Assembly: GCA_038065555.1 (NCBI GenBank)
Contig: JBBTQS010000001.1
Location: 256,741-320,740 of the forward strand
Direction: 5' to 3'
Length of the DNA stretch: 64,000 nt
DNA from: Patescibacteria group bacterium
GTDB lineage: Bacteria > Patescibacteriota > Patescibacteriia > Magasanikbacterales > JBBTQS01
How positions within the stretch are numbered: position 1 is the stretch's first letter; the number at the start of each line of letters is the position of its first letter. Below the pieces are notes generated by a model. That model saw only the letters and a program-made list of their open reading frames with translations, made no database searches and was not told the DNA's origin. Made by a program: the position numbers and the translations under genes. Below, one piece after another: positions 1 through 9,069 of this stretch.

Positions 1-24
1 GAGACCAGCCGCATCCCTCTCATT

Positions 25-315
25 TTGTTTCTGACTCTAGTGCTCCTCATCGGCCTGAGGGCGTACGACCAGTCTTCTAGTTCTGACAAGGTGCCGCTCG
101 CACAGCAGCAGCCAGCACCTGTTCGAGAGAACAAGCCTGGCGGCTTGCCACTGGCTGCACCGGAATGCGAGAACGCGAACGACTGCGAAGAGCAGTACAA
201 GCGCGCGAACTCGTCGACCGATTTGGGCACGATCCCAACATTCCAGTGCAAGGAGGGCGAGAACGGCAGGAAGGCCTGCTTCGCCACGCACCGGCTGATC
301 AACAACGCGCCATAG
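25..315 (+). CDS. hypothetical small protein with hydrophobic N-terminus and 4 Cys (possible small secreted peptide)
   Basis: ORF of 96 aa with N-terminal hydrophobic stretch (LTLVLLIGL) and Cys pairs C-x5-C / C-x7-C; overlaps an alternative-frame ORF, so it is uncertain. Confidence 0.2.
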   Translation: MFLTLVLLIGLRAYDQSSSSDKVPLAQQQPAPVRENKPGGLPLAAPECENANDCEEQYKRANSSTDLGTIPTFQCKEGENGRKACFATHRLINNAP

Positions 316-386
316 ACGCCGCACACTGCGACGTCTGCCGCAACCGAACCCGCATATCATACGATGTGCGGGTTTCGTCTTTTTTG

Positions 387-395
387 TGCTATACT
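387..395 (+). promoter_or_regulatory. extended -10 promoter element TGcTATACT
   Basis: TGnTATACT followed about 10 nt later by an ATG; the same 9-mer recurs upstream of three other genes in the window. Confidence 0.4.
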
Positions 396-404
396 TGTCC
401 TTGT

Positions 405-944
405 ATGCCATCCATGCAAGACGTACTCAATACATTGCCAAAGCACGAAACAACGCTGGGTGCTGAACCTATTCCACCAGAGCGCATCGGCGAACCACCT
501 GAGAATTTGGGTTCTGAACTCCATCCGCACCAAGAATCAGAATCGCTTACTGAGGAATTGAGTTCTGAACATATTGATGCAATCCCCGACCACACTATTG
601 CAGCGCCCACCGTTGCGCCAACAGCGCCACAAGCACCATCCGCAACCGACGTTCGTGCTTCCAAGGACCCGCTCACACGTGACATCGAGAAAATCCTCGA
701 AGAAAATCTCGCTGAATCATTCACCATGATGACGCCTGAGCAGCAAAACAAATTCAAAACTGCTGGAGAACGCGTGACTGCTGCCATCCGCCAAATCATC
801 AAGTCAGGAATCGTGCAAATGAAGAAGGTACTGAGTTTGATTAGTGATTGGCTCCGCATGATCCCCGGTGTGAATCGATTTTTCCTCGAAAAAGAATCCA
901 AGATCAAGGCCGAGAAAATCCTGCTTCTTGGTGGACAATTCTAA
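405..944 (+). CDS. hypothetical protein (first gene of VirD4-like ATPase module)
   Basis: In-frame ATG at 405 about 10 nt after an extended -10 TGcTATACT (about 387-395), so the start is leaderless; the longer 165 start lies upstream of this promoter; no recognisable domain. Confidence 0.35.
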   Translation: MPSMQDVLNTLPKHETTLGAEPIPPERIGEPPENLGSELHPHQESESLTEELSSEHIDAIPDHTIAAPTVAPTAPQAPSATDVRASKDPLTRDIEKILEENLAESFTMMTPEQQNKFKTAGERVTAAIRQIIKSGIVQMKKVLSLISDWLRMIPGVNRFFLEKESKIKAEKILLLGGQF

Positions 945-956
945 CGCTCCTTTTGC

Positions 957-3464
957 ATGGACACTTCCCAGACACTCACGGCTGCTGACCTGCTCATCAA
1001 CGTCCTTATTGCTGTAGCATCACTGCTCATGGCAGCTGGTGCGCTCTTTTTGCTCCGCATCTTCTTGCGCACACGACATCACCGCACGGTGAGTCTCACC
1101 ATGAGCACTCTACTCATTCGCGTACCGAAGGAGAAGAAGGATCAGCAGCAACAATCCACCACCATGCAATCCGTGGAGTATCTGCGCCAAGATATTGCTG
1201 TGATGGAAACCATTTTCGCAACCATCGGCGGACTGCGTGCGCAGCGCGGCATCATGGCGTGGCTTCGAGGCCGCGAAGATCACGTGAGTTTCGAAATTGT
1301 TTCGCGCGGTGGCAATATTTATTTCTACTGCGTCGTGCCGCGCACATTAGAATCGTTCCTCATCCAACAAATCCACGCGCAGTTCCCATCAGCGCAGATT
1401 GATCGCGAAGAGGATTACAATTTCTTTTCGCCCAAGAGCTCGATTCTCGGCGCGTACATCACGATGACACGCGAGTTCCCCTTTGCCATCAAATCATTCA
1501 AGGAGCAAGATAGCGACCCTCTCTCAGGCCTCACCAACCCACTGGCAAAAATCGACAAGACCGACGGCGCTGCTATTCAATTTGTGGTCCGCTCCAGCAA
1601 GAAGCAATGGCGCAAGCGTGCGAAGTCCATCATCACCCAACTCCAAAAAGGCAAATACCTCACGCAGCACAATGACGGCGTTGGCGCACTCACCCATATG
1701 GCAGGTGCGATGATCAGTGGCAGCAAGCAAGAACAAACACCACAGCAATACCACATGACCGCGTCTGAAGACGAGATGGTCAAGCGCATTGACCACAAGA
1801 TGTCCAAGGCCGGACTCGATGTGAACATTCGTGTAGTTGTTGCTGCACAAAACGACGAACGCGCGCGACAATACCTCGACCAAATCGTGAGCGCCTTTGG
1901 GCAGTTCAACAACTACTCGTACGGCAACTCATTCAAAGCGCTCGTGCCCCGCATTCAGTCCATGGCGATCGAGGATTTTATTTATCGAGCGTTCACCGAA
2001 CGTCGCAGACTCGTACTCAACACTGAGGAAATGGCGTCGCTCTGGCACCCACCACTTCCTACTATTGAGACACCGAACATTGTTTGGCTGGGCGCACGCA
2101 AGGCACCACCACCACAGAACATGCCGAAGGAAGGAATCACGCTGGGCAAGGTTGTGTATCGCGGCGTAGAGAGCGAAGTGCGCATCAAGCGATCAGATCG
2201 ACGTCGCCACCTCTACACCATCGGTAAATCCGGTTCTGGTAAATCCGTGTTCCTCGAGAACATGGCGATTCAGGATATCAACAATGGCGAAGGTGTGTGT
2301 GTCGTAGATCCACACGGAGATCTCGTGCAACACATTCTCGCCAACATCCCAGAGCATCGCATCGATGATGTGGTGTACTTCTGTCCGTCAGATCTCGACC
2401 GCCCTATTGGACTCAACATGCTCGAAGCAAAGACCGAGGACCAGAAGGACTTCCTTGTACAAGAAATGATCGCGATCTTCTACAAGCTGTTCCCACCTGA
2501 GATGATCGGACCAATGTTCGAGCACCAGATGCGCAACGTCATGCTCACGCTCATGGCCGACATTGAGAATCCAGGAACCATTGCCGAGATCCCCCGCATG
2601 TTCTCTGACGAAGCGTATTCGAAGACCTGGGTTGCAAAGCTCAAGGACCCAGTCGTGCGCGCATTCTGGGAAAAGGAAATGGCAAAGACATCAGACTTCC
2701 ACAAGTCCGAAATGCTTGGCTATCTCGTATCCAAGGTCGGACGATTCGTGGAGAACGAAATGTTGCGCAACATCATTGGTCAACCACACTCAGGATTTGA
2801 TTTCCGCGAAGTAATGGACAACAAAAAGATTTTACTTGTGAACCTTTCCAAGGGAACTACAGGTGAAATGAATGCCAAACTCCTCGGACTCATCATTGTT
2901 GCGAAGTTACAGATGGCTGCACTCTCGCGCGCAGACCTGCCTGAGAATGAGCGTCATGACTTCTATCTCTACATCGACGAATTCCAGAACTTCATCACTG
3001 ATTCGATCTCCACGATCCTGTCTGAAGCACGCAAATACCGACTCAATCTCACCATTGCTCACCAATACATGGGACAGCTCGTCGAGAGTGGCAAGAATGA
3101 CACGTCGATTCGCGATGCGGTGCTTGGTAACGTCGGAACCATGGCGGCCTTTCGTATTGGTCCAGAAGATGCTGACCTATTACAAAAGGAGTTTGCACCT
3201 GTTTTCTCAGCGTATGACCTCATTAACGTGGAGCAGTACACTGCATACGTGAAACTGTTGATTGACAACACCGCTGCAAAGCCATTTAATATGGCTACGA
3301 CCGCACCGCTCCCAGAGAACAACGAATACGCGGATATGCTCAAGCAGCTCTCCCGTCTCAAATACGGCAAGGACCGCGCGATGGTTGAGGAAGATATCAT
3401 GGAACGCAGCCAGTTGGGCTCCATGACCATGCCACCTCAACCGCTCACTGAATCGAAACTCTAG
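957..3464 (+). CDS. type IV secretion coupling-protein-like ATPase (VirD4/TraG/TraD family, AAA-like DUF87), N-terminal TM helix
   Basis: Walker A HLYTIGKSGSGKS, Walker B FYLYIDEFQNF, and a C-terminal TIAHQYMGQL motif resembling the TxQSxxQL motif of coupling proteins; single N-terminal TM segment; 835 aa. Confidence 0.55.
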   Translation: MDTSQTLTAADLLINVLIAVASLLMAAGALFLLRIFLRTRHHRTVSLTMSTLLIRVPKEKKDQQQQSTTMQSVEYLRQDIAVMETIFATIGGLRAQRGIMAWLRGREDHVSFEIVSRGGNIYFYCVVPRTLESFLIQQIHAQFPSAQIDREEDYNFFSPKSSILGAYITMTREFPFAIKSFKEQDSDPLSGLTNPLAKIDKTDGAAIQFVVRSSKKQWRKRAKSIITQLQKGKYLTQHNDGVGALTHMAGAMISGSKQEQTPQQYHMTASEDEMVKRIDHKMSKAGLDVNIRVVVAAQNDERARQYLDQIVSAFGQFNNYSYGNSFKALVPRIQSMAIEDFIYRAFTERRRLVLNTEEMASLWHPPLPTIETPNIVWLGARKAPPPQNMPKEGITLGKVVYRGVESEVRIKRSDRRRHLYTIGKSGSGKSVFLENMAIQDINNGEGVCVVDPHGDLVQHILANIPEHRIDDVVYFCPSDLDRPIGLNMLEAKTEDQKDFLVQEMIAIFYKLFPPEMIGPMFEHQMRNVMLTLMADIENPGTIAEIPRMFSDEAYSKTWVAKLKDPVVRAFWEKEMAKTSDFHKSEMLGYLVSKVGRFVENEMLRNIIGQPHSGFDFREVMDNKKILLVNLSKGTTGEMNAKLLGLIIVAKLQMAALSRADLPENERHDFYLYIDEFQNFITDSISTILSEARKYRLNLTIAHQYMGQLVESGKNDTSIRDAVLGNVGTMAAFRIGPEDADLLQKEFAPVFSAYDLINVEQYTAYVKLLIDNTAAKPFNMATTAPLPENNEYADMLKQLSRLKYGKDRAMVEEDIMERSQLGSMTMPPQPLTESKL

Positions 3465-3488
3465 TTGTACTTCTTTTAACTCAACGCT

Positions 3489-4190
3489 ATGGATTCGCTT
3501 GGCAACTTGTTGCACAGCCGTTCTTCGGACTTCTTTCCTCCACAACTTCCCAACGCTCCCGTGCCGCAATCTGCGCCCGAAGTTACTGCACCCACGCCAG
3601 CTCCTGCGCCAGAGCCGCAGCAGCCAGACAGACTCACACAACTGCACACGCTCGTTCACGAAATCGAAGAGCGCCTCGCTCGCGTTCGAGAAATTCTTGC
3701 CAGCGATCAGACACGAGACAATCATCCACACTCCCCTGTGGGTCTACCAACTGTGACAACCCACGGTCGGCCACCAACCATGTCGCCAGTCCACGAGGCA
3801 CCGAAGTCGACACTAGAGCTCACCGTCCACGAAGGAGTATTCAATGGCGAAGAAATGATCGGCGCTGACGGACAGAACTACCCAGTCCCTACCAATTACG
3901 CGTCCAAATCCAAGCTCGTAGAAGGCGATCTCCTCAAGGTCACTATTCTCCCTACCGGCGAGCTCATGTACAAGCAGACCGGTCCAGTAGAGCGCGATCG
4001 CAAAATGGGCAAACTCGTGAAGCACGATGACGGATCCTTCACGGTTATCACTGACAACGTAGAATATCGCGTCCTAACTGCTGCAGTGACGTATCATCGT
4101 GGCGCGCATGGACACACCGCTGTAGTACTCGTGCCGCGCGACAGCTTTAGCACGTGGGCTGCTGTTGAATGTATCTTTCATCAACCGTAA
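3489..4190 (+). CDS. hypothetical protein with Pro-rich N-terminal region
   Basis: 233-aa ORF directly after the ATPase gene, with a Pro/Ala/Gln-rich low-complexity N-terminus and a globular C-terminus; no known domain recognised. Confidence 0.4.
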   Translation: MDSLGNLLHSRSSDFFPPQLPNAPVPQSAPEVTAPTPAPAPEPQQPDRLTQLHTLVHEIEERLARVREILASDQTRDNHPHSPVGLPTVTTHGRPPTMSPVHEAPKSTLELTVHEGVFNGEEMIGADGQNYPVPTNYASKSKLVEGDLLKVTILPTGELMYKQTGPVERDRKMGKLVKHDDGSFTVITDNVEYRVLTAAVTYHRGAHGHTAVVLVPRDSFSTWAAVECIFHQP

Positions 4191-4201
4191 TACTTCCTCC
4201 T

Positions 4202-5830
4202 ATGGCACAGACACTCTACCGCAAATACCGTCCACTGCGCTGGTCTGATGTTGTAGGTCAGGATCATGTGGTGAAGACCCTCACCAATGAATTGCGCCGC
4301 AACGCACTCGTGCACGCCTATCTCTTCACTGGTCCTCGTGGTGTGGGCAAGACCACATCAGCTCGCCTGCTGGCCAAGGCTGCCAACTGCACAGGACGCG
4401 CTGACGCTGCAGAGCCATGTGAGACGTGCCCACAGTGCGTTGCATTTGCTGGTGGACAAGCAATCGACATTATCGAAATCGACGCAGCAAGCCACACAGG
4501 CGTAGACATGGTGCGCGAACATATTATTGAGAATGCTCGGTTCCTCCCCACGCAATCTCGGTACAAAGTTTTCATTATTGATGAAGTGCACATGCTCTCG
4601 ACGAGCGCATTCAACGCACTTCTGAAGACGCTCGAGGAGCCGCCAGCACACGCGCTCTTCATTCTTGCGACCACAGAGATCGACAAATTGCTCGCCACGA
4701 TCCGTTCGCGCTGCGAAGAATATGTATTTCGCCGCGTACCACACGCACTCATCGTAGAGAAATTGCGCACGATCACCACGAGTGAATCACGCGAAGTCGC
4801 CGATGATGTCATCGCACAAATTGCCAGCAACGCTGATGGCTGCCTTCGTGATGCAGAGAGCCTCCTCGGCCAAGTACTCTCGCTCACCGATGGCCCTATC
4901 ACCATGGCCGAGTGTGAACATATTTTGCCACGCGTTGCATACAAAGAAGCCATTGCTATTCTTGAGGCCATCGGCAGCCACAATGCTATGGCTGGACTTG
5001 CCGTTGTTGATTCACTTGCTGACAACGCAACAGAATTCCACGGGTTCGCCAACCAACTCATTGATGTGGCACGTCTGGTGCTCCTCGCAATGCACCGTGC
5101 TGTCATGGAAGAAGAGCGTGCGCGGTTCGACGAAGAATCACTCGCGCGACTTGGTGCACTTGCAAAGACATTCACACCAACGCGCATCACTACTGCGCTC
5201 ACCACATTACTTCAGGCTCGCATTGCTATTAACACCGCACCACTGCCGCAATTGCCTATTGAGATTGCCATTGTGGAGCTTTGCAACGATGCACCTCAGG
5301 CTGCTCCTGTAGTGCATCAGACCTCCTCTGTATCCCCAACCCAGTTCACAACGGCTCCTGCTGCGTCTGTAGCGTCTACCAGCGACGCTGGATCATCTCG
5401 CGCGCTTCCACCAGCACCACAACCACCTGCTCCAGCAGCGTCCACGAGCACCACATCCTCCACAGCACGAACACCGTTATCCAACGCGCCGCTCACGCTC
5501 ACACTCGACAACATCAAATCTCGTTGGAATAAGTTCTTGGAATTCGTGGGTGAGAAGAACCCTTCGACAATGCTGCTCCTACGCATGGCCGTTCCCACAA
5601 CGATCGAAGGGAACAAATTGCGTCTCGAATGTGGCTTCGCACTGCACGCAGACAAACTCCGCGAACCGAAGATCAAATTCGTTGCTGAGGAGTTTTTTGC
5701 TACGTTCTTTGCAGAGCGCGCTGACCTTGACTGCTCGTCTGTCACTATGGTACAACAGAGTACGCCTGACGTAGTCAGCCCCGAAGCAGCGGCTCTTGCC
5801 GCTGAGTTCGAAGGTCAGGTTGTAGGCTGA
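4202..5830 (+). CDS. dnaX: DNA polymerase III subunit gamma/tau
   Basis: MAQTLYRKYRPLRWSDVVGQDHV...LFTGPRGVGKTTSARLLAKAANC is the canonical DnaX N-terminus with AAA+ Walker A, followed by a Zn-finger-like CxxC stretch; start moved to the MAQTLYRKYRP methionine. Confidence 0.9.
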   Translation: MAQTLYRKYRPLRWSDVVGQDHVVKTLTNELRRNALVHAYLFTGPRGVGKTTSARLLAKAANCTGRADAAEPCETCPQCVAFAGGQAIDIIEIDAASHTGVDMVREHIIENARFLPTQSRYKVFIIDEVHMLSTSAFNALLKTLEEPPAHALFILATTEIDKLLATIRSRCEEYVFRRVPHALIVEKLRTITTSESREVADDVIAQIASNADGCLRDAESLLGQVLSLTDGPITMAECEHILPRVAYKEAIAILEAIGSHNAMAGLAVVDSLADNATEFHGFANQLIDVARLVLLAMHRAVMEEERARFDEESLARLGALAKTFTPTRITTALTTLLQARIAINTAPLPQLPIEIAIVELCNDAPQAAPVVHQTSSVSPTQFTTAPAASVASTSDAGSSRALPPAPQPPAPAASTSTTSSTARTPLSNAPLTLTLDNIKSRWNKFLEFVGEKNPSTMLLLRMAVPTTIEGNKLRLECGFALHADKLREPKIKFVAEEFFATFFAERADLDCSSVTMVQQSTPDVVSPEAAALAAEFEGQVVG

Positions 5831-5834
5831 CAAT

Positions 5835-5908
5835 TCCGGGATCGTCTAATGGTAGGACTCATGCCTCTGGAGCATGCTATCTTGGTTCGAATCCAGGTCC
5901 CGGAGCCA
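5835..5908 (+). tRNA. tRNA-Gln (anticodon CUG)
   Basis: 74-nt cloverleaf: acceptor TCCGGGA/TCCCGGA, D-arm GTCT..GGAC, anticodon stem CATGC/GCATG with loop CTCTGGA (anticodon CTG), T-arm CTTGG-TTCGAAT-CCAGG, discriminator G and encoded CCA. Confidence 0.8.
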
Positions 5909-5912
5909 AAAC

Positions 5913-5940
5913 AAAAACACACCTTGCGGTGTGTTTTTGT
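5913..5940. terminator. bidirectional rho-independent terminator
   Basis: AAAAACACACC-TTGC-GGTGTGTTTTT perfect hairpin flanked by an A-tract and a T-tract, between the + strand tRNA and the end of the - strand RND gene. Confidence 0.6.
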
Positions 5941-5952
5941 GCGGATAGCTAT

Positions 5953-8900
5953 TTAGAATCCACTAGTGTCCACTTCTGATTGCATAGCAGCTTTCTTACC
6001 AAATCGATAGAAAACTGCCGGAGTCAAGAATAGCGAAATCGCCGTAGAAGATACTAGGCCACCGAATATAACGACAGCTAACGGGTGCAATAATTCCTTG
6101 CCAGGCTCACCACCGGCTAGCATAAGAGGAATTAATGCAAGAGCAGTAACAAGAGAAGTCATCAGAACCGGAACAACTCTATCCAGTGTTGCTTTAAGGA
6201 TTGTTTCAGGGCTGAATGGTTCCTGATCCTTTTGCACCAACTGTAAGCACTTACCCAGCAACATGATTCCGTTTCTAGAAACGATACCAGCAAGAGATAT
6301 GAACCCGACTAAATGAGCAAGATTAATTACACCGCCAGTAATCCACACTCCCACAATACCACCGATAAACACCGTTGGTATATTAAGCATTATCTGCAAC
6401 ACCAATGGTGTGGACCTAAATGCCTTGTAAAGAATACCGAAAATCAACAGCAGCCCCAGCCCAAATAGGACGGTCAATCTTCTACTGTTTTCCTTCTGGC
6501 TTTTATATGTCCCTTCGTAAGAGATTGTTTGCCCAGTCGGTAATTTTTTAGAGCTCATTACCGTTCTTACGTTTTCGACAGCTCCTACAATGTCCGAACC
6601 TTGATAGTTGGCGCTAACCACCAGAATACGTTTACCACCCTCGTGACTAAATCGGTTGCGACCAGCATCGAGCCTGATATCTGCCGCACCTCCCAAGGAT
6701 TCAGCACCGGTAAATGGGAGTGACAGATCGCGCAAAGCATCCGAGTTCCCACGGGAAGAAAGGTCATACCGGGCTACAACATCAATACGTGCCGGTCCCT
6801 GCTGAACTTGCCCGATTCTCTGACCCAGTAATCCCTGTTCCAACTCTTCAGCTACTTCACCACTGGACACACCGTATTCGGCTAATCTATTTCGATCAGG
6901 ATAGATACGGAATTCTGGAACCATAACTTCTTTTTGCACCTGTGGATTTTTGACACCTGGCTGTTTTGCAAGCTCGCTCTGTATCTGCTCTGCTGTTTGT
7001 CGCAACGTGACCAAATCATCACCAAAAACTTTCATGACGATTGGTGCACGGACACCGGACAATAATTCTTCAACTCGGTGAGTAATCGGTTGTCCCAAGC
7101 TATAGTCAGCTCCGGGAAATCTATCAAGAACTTTCTGCAACTCCTTAAATAATATCTCTGATTCTCCCTCTAGGCCTGGTTCAAATACAACTTGAATTTC
7201 GCTTGTATTTGCACCGCTGTCATGAGGATCAGCACCGGCACGTCCGGTGATATGGCTGACGCGTCTAACCCCCTCAACCTCACGCATAGCATCTTCAACT
7301 TTGGAAGCAAACTCATTGGAGGTATTGAGATCGGTGCCTACTGGCATGACTACTGAAATTGTTGCCGAGCCCTCATTGAATGGCGGTATTCCTTCTTTGC
7401 CAGCCAAGAAATAGAGAACTCCTGCAATGCCCATAGTCGCAACTGTTCCAATCAACACGAACTTTACATTATGAATGCTCCAGAGAATCATCGGTCCAAT
7501 CTTCTGCTTGATAGCTCTCACCAGTCGCGTTTCTTCTTCATGGCCCCTGCTTGAGCCCTTGGCCAATAAGTAAGAAGATAGTACCGGAGTTACACTAAGA
7601 GAGACCACTAATGACGCGATTAGTGAAATCAGGTATGCAGCTCCCAAGGACGAAAGTAAGCGACCCTCGACGCCCGGGATAAAGAAAATTGGCAAGAACA
7701 CGACCGCCACTAACACTGTCGCATAGACAATTGAGTTACGAACCTCACTGGAAGCTTTAAACACTACTTCCATGATGGATGCGCCGGTAGAACCTTTTCG
7801 TCGCCATTCTCTAAGTCTCTTGGAAACATTTTCTACATCGACGATAGCATCATCTACCAGTTCTCCGATAGCAACTGTGATACCTCCAAGCGTCATCACG
7901 TTTACCGACAAGTCAAGGAAACGAAATACAATAACCGTAACGAGAATGCTTAGTGGAATTGCCGTGAGCGTGATAAAGGTAATCCTTACATTCATCAAGA
8001 ACAGAATGAGGATAATAATCACGAGGATCGTCCCATCACGCAGAGCCTCCAAGACATTGCTCAACCCTGCATTAATGAACCACTCCTGACGGAAAAGGTC
8101 ATTTTTGAGTTCTACTCCTTGAGGCAAGCCGGTATTGAGAGACTCCAAAGCTTCATCTACTGCTTCGGTTACCTTTAATGTTTCTGCTTCTGGTTGTTTG
8201 GCAATACGCAGAATGACGCCAGGATTACCATCAATGGTTGCACTCCCACGAACAGGACTTGCTCCTTCCTGAAGAACGGCAACGTCTGCCAATCTAATGG
8301 GTCTACCTTCAAAATTGCCAATTGCGATATCTTGCAATTCAGCAATCTCATTCGGTGCTATGAGTATACGCAAAGGATATTCTTTGCCACCCTGCACAAG
8401 TAGTCCGCCACTTTTGTTGTTGAGGGCTGTGCCAATATTTTCAGCAATATCTTCTATACGCAAGTCATATCGACGCATTTGCTCGGCATTGGTATTTATT
8501 TGCCACTCTCGAACATCCCCACCGAGCACAATTACATCAGATACCCCGGGGACTCGTAGTAGTGCTGGTCTGATAGTCCAATCAGCGAGTGTTCGGAGTT
8601 GCATTCCATCCACCTTGCCATCTTCTGATGTTAATCCTGCCCACATAATCTCGCCCATGATCGAACCGACCGGTCCAAGTACAGGCTTCACACCTTCGGG
8701 GAGTTGCAAGCGTGAGATACGCTCTTGAATTATTTGACGATTGCGAAATATATCACTACCCCAACCAAATTCAGCATTAACGATGGCTAACCCGAAAGAA
8801 GCAGTACCCCTAACACGTTCAACGCCAGGAGCGCCCGAAACGGCAGATTCAAGTGGAGTAAGTACAAGGCGTTCCACTTCTTCGGGGGCCAGTCCTTCAG

Positions 8901-9057
8901 CTTCGGCGAATACCGCAACTGTAGGCTTGTTGATATCTGGGAGCACGTCCACTTTCATAGTCGACAAGCTCCAAACACCGAGAACGCTTATCAAGCCAGC
9001 CATGGCAAGAACAGCGACTCTATTTTTTAGAGACCATTGAATGATTTTGTTAAACAT
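5953..9057 (-). CDS. heavy-metal efflux RND transporter permease (CusA/CzcA HME-RND family)
   Basis: 1034 aa; N-terminus MFNKIIQWSLKNRVAVLAMAGL...VDVLPDINKPTVAV matches the CusA/CzcA start motif; 12-TM RND architecture. Confidence 0.85.
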   Translation of the reverse strand: MFNKIIQWSLKNRVAVLAMAGLISVLGVWSLSTMKVDVLPDINKPTVAVFAEAEGLAPEEVERLVLTPLESAVSGAPGVERVRGTASFGLAIVNAEFGWGSDIFRNRQIIQERISRLQLPEGVKPVLGPVGSIMGEIMWAGLTSEDGKVDGMQLRTLADWTIRPALLRVPGVSDVIVLGGDVREWQINTNAEQMRRYDLRIEDIAENIGTALNNKSGGLLVQGGKEYPLRILIAPNEIAELQDIAIGNFEGRPIRLADVAVLQEGASPVRGSATIDGNPGVILRIAKQPEAETLKVTEAVDEALESLNTGLPQGVELKNDLFRQEWFINAGLSNVLEALRDGTILVIIILILFLMNVRITFITLTAIPLSILVTVIVFRFLDLSVNVMTLGGITVAIGELVDDAIVDVENVSKRLREWRRKGSTGASIMEVVFKASSEVRNSIVYATVLVAVVFLPIFFIPGVEGRLLSSLGAAYLISLIASLVVSLSVTPVLSSYLLAKGSSRGHEEETRLVRAIKQKIGPMILWSIHNVKFVLIGTVATMGIAGVLYFLAGKEGIPPFNEGSATISVVMPVGTDLNTSNEFASKVEDAMREVEGVRRVSHITGRAGADPHDSGANTSEIQVVFEPGLEGESEILFKELQKVLDRFPGADYSLGQPITHRVEELLSGVRAPIVMKVFGDDLVTLRQTAEQIQSELAKQPGVKNPQVQKEVMVPEFRIYPDRNRLAEYGVSSGEVAEELEQGLLGQRIGQVQQGPARIDVVARYDLSSRGNSDALRDLSLPFTGAESLGGAADIRLDAGRNRFSHEGGKRILVVSANYQGSDIVGAVENVRTVMSSKKLPTGQTISYEGTYKSQKENSRRLTVLFGLGLLLIFGILYKAFRSTPLVLQIMLNIPTVFIGGIVGVWITGGVINLAHLVGFISLAGIVSRNGIMLLGKCLQLVQKDQEPFSPETILKATLDRVVPVLMTSLVTALALIPLMLAGGEPGKELLHPLAVVIFGGLVSSTAISLFLTPAVFYRFGKKAAMQSEVDTSGF

Positions 9058-9069
9058 ATAGGGTCTGTT

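Noticed and set aside
4318-5205. 295-aa minus-strand ORF inside dnaX
   Set aside because: Antisense to an unambiguous, motif-bearing dnaX; it has Ser/Ala/Arg-rich composition typical of antisense frames.
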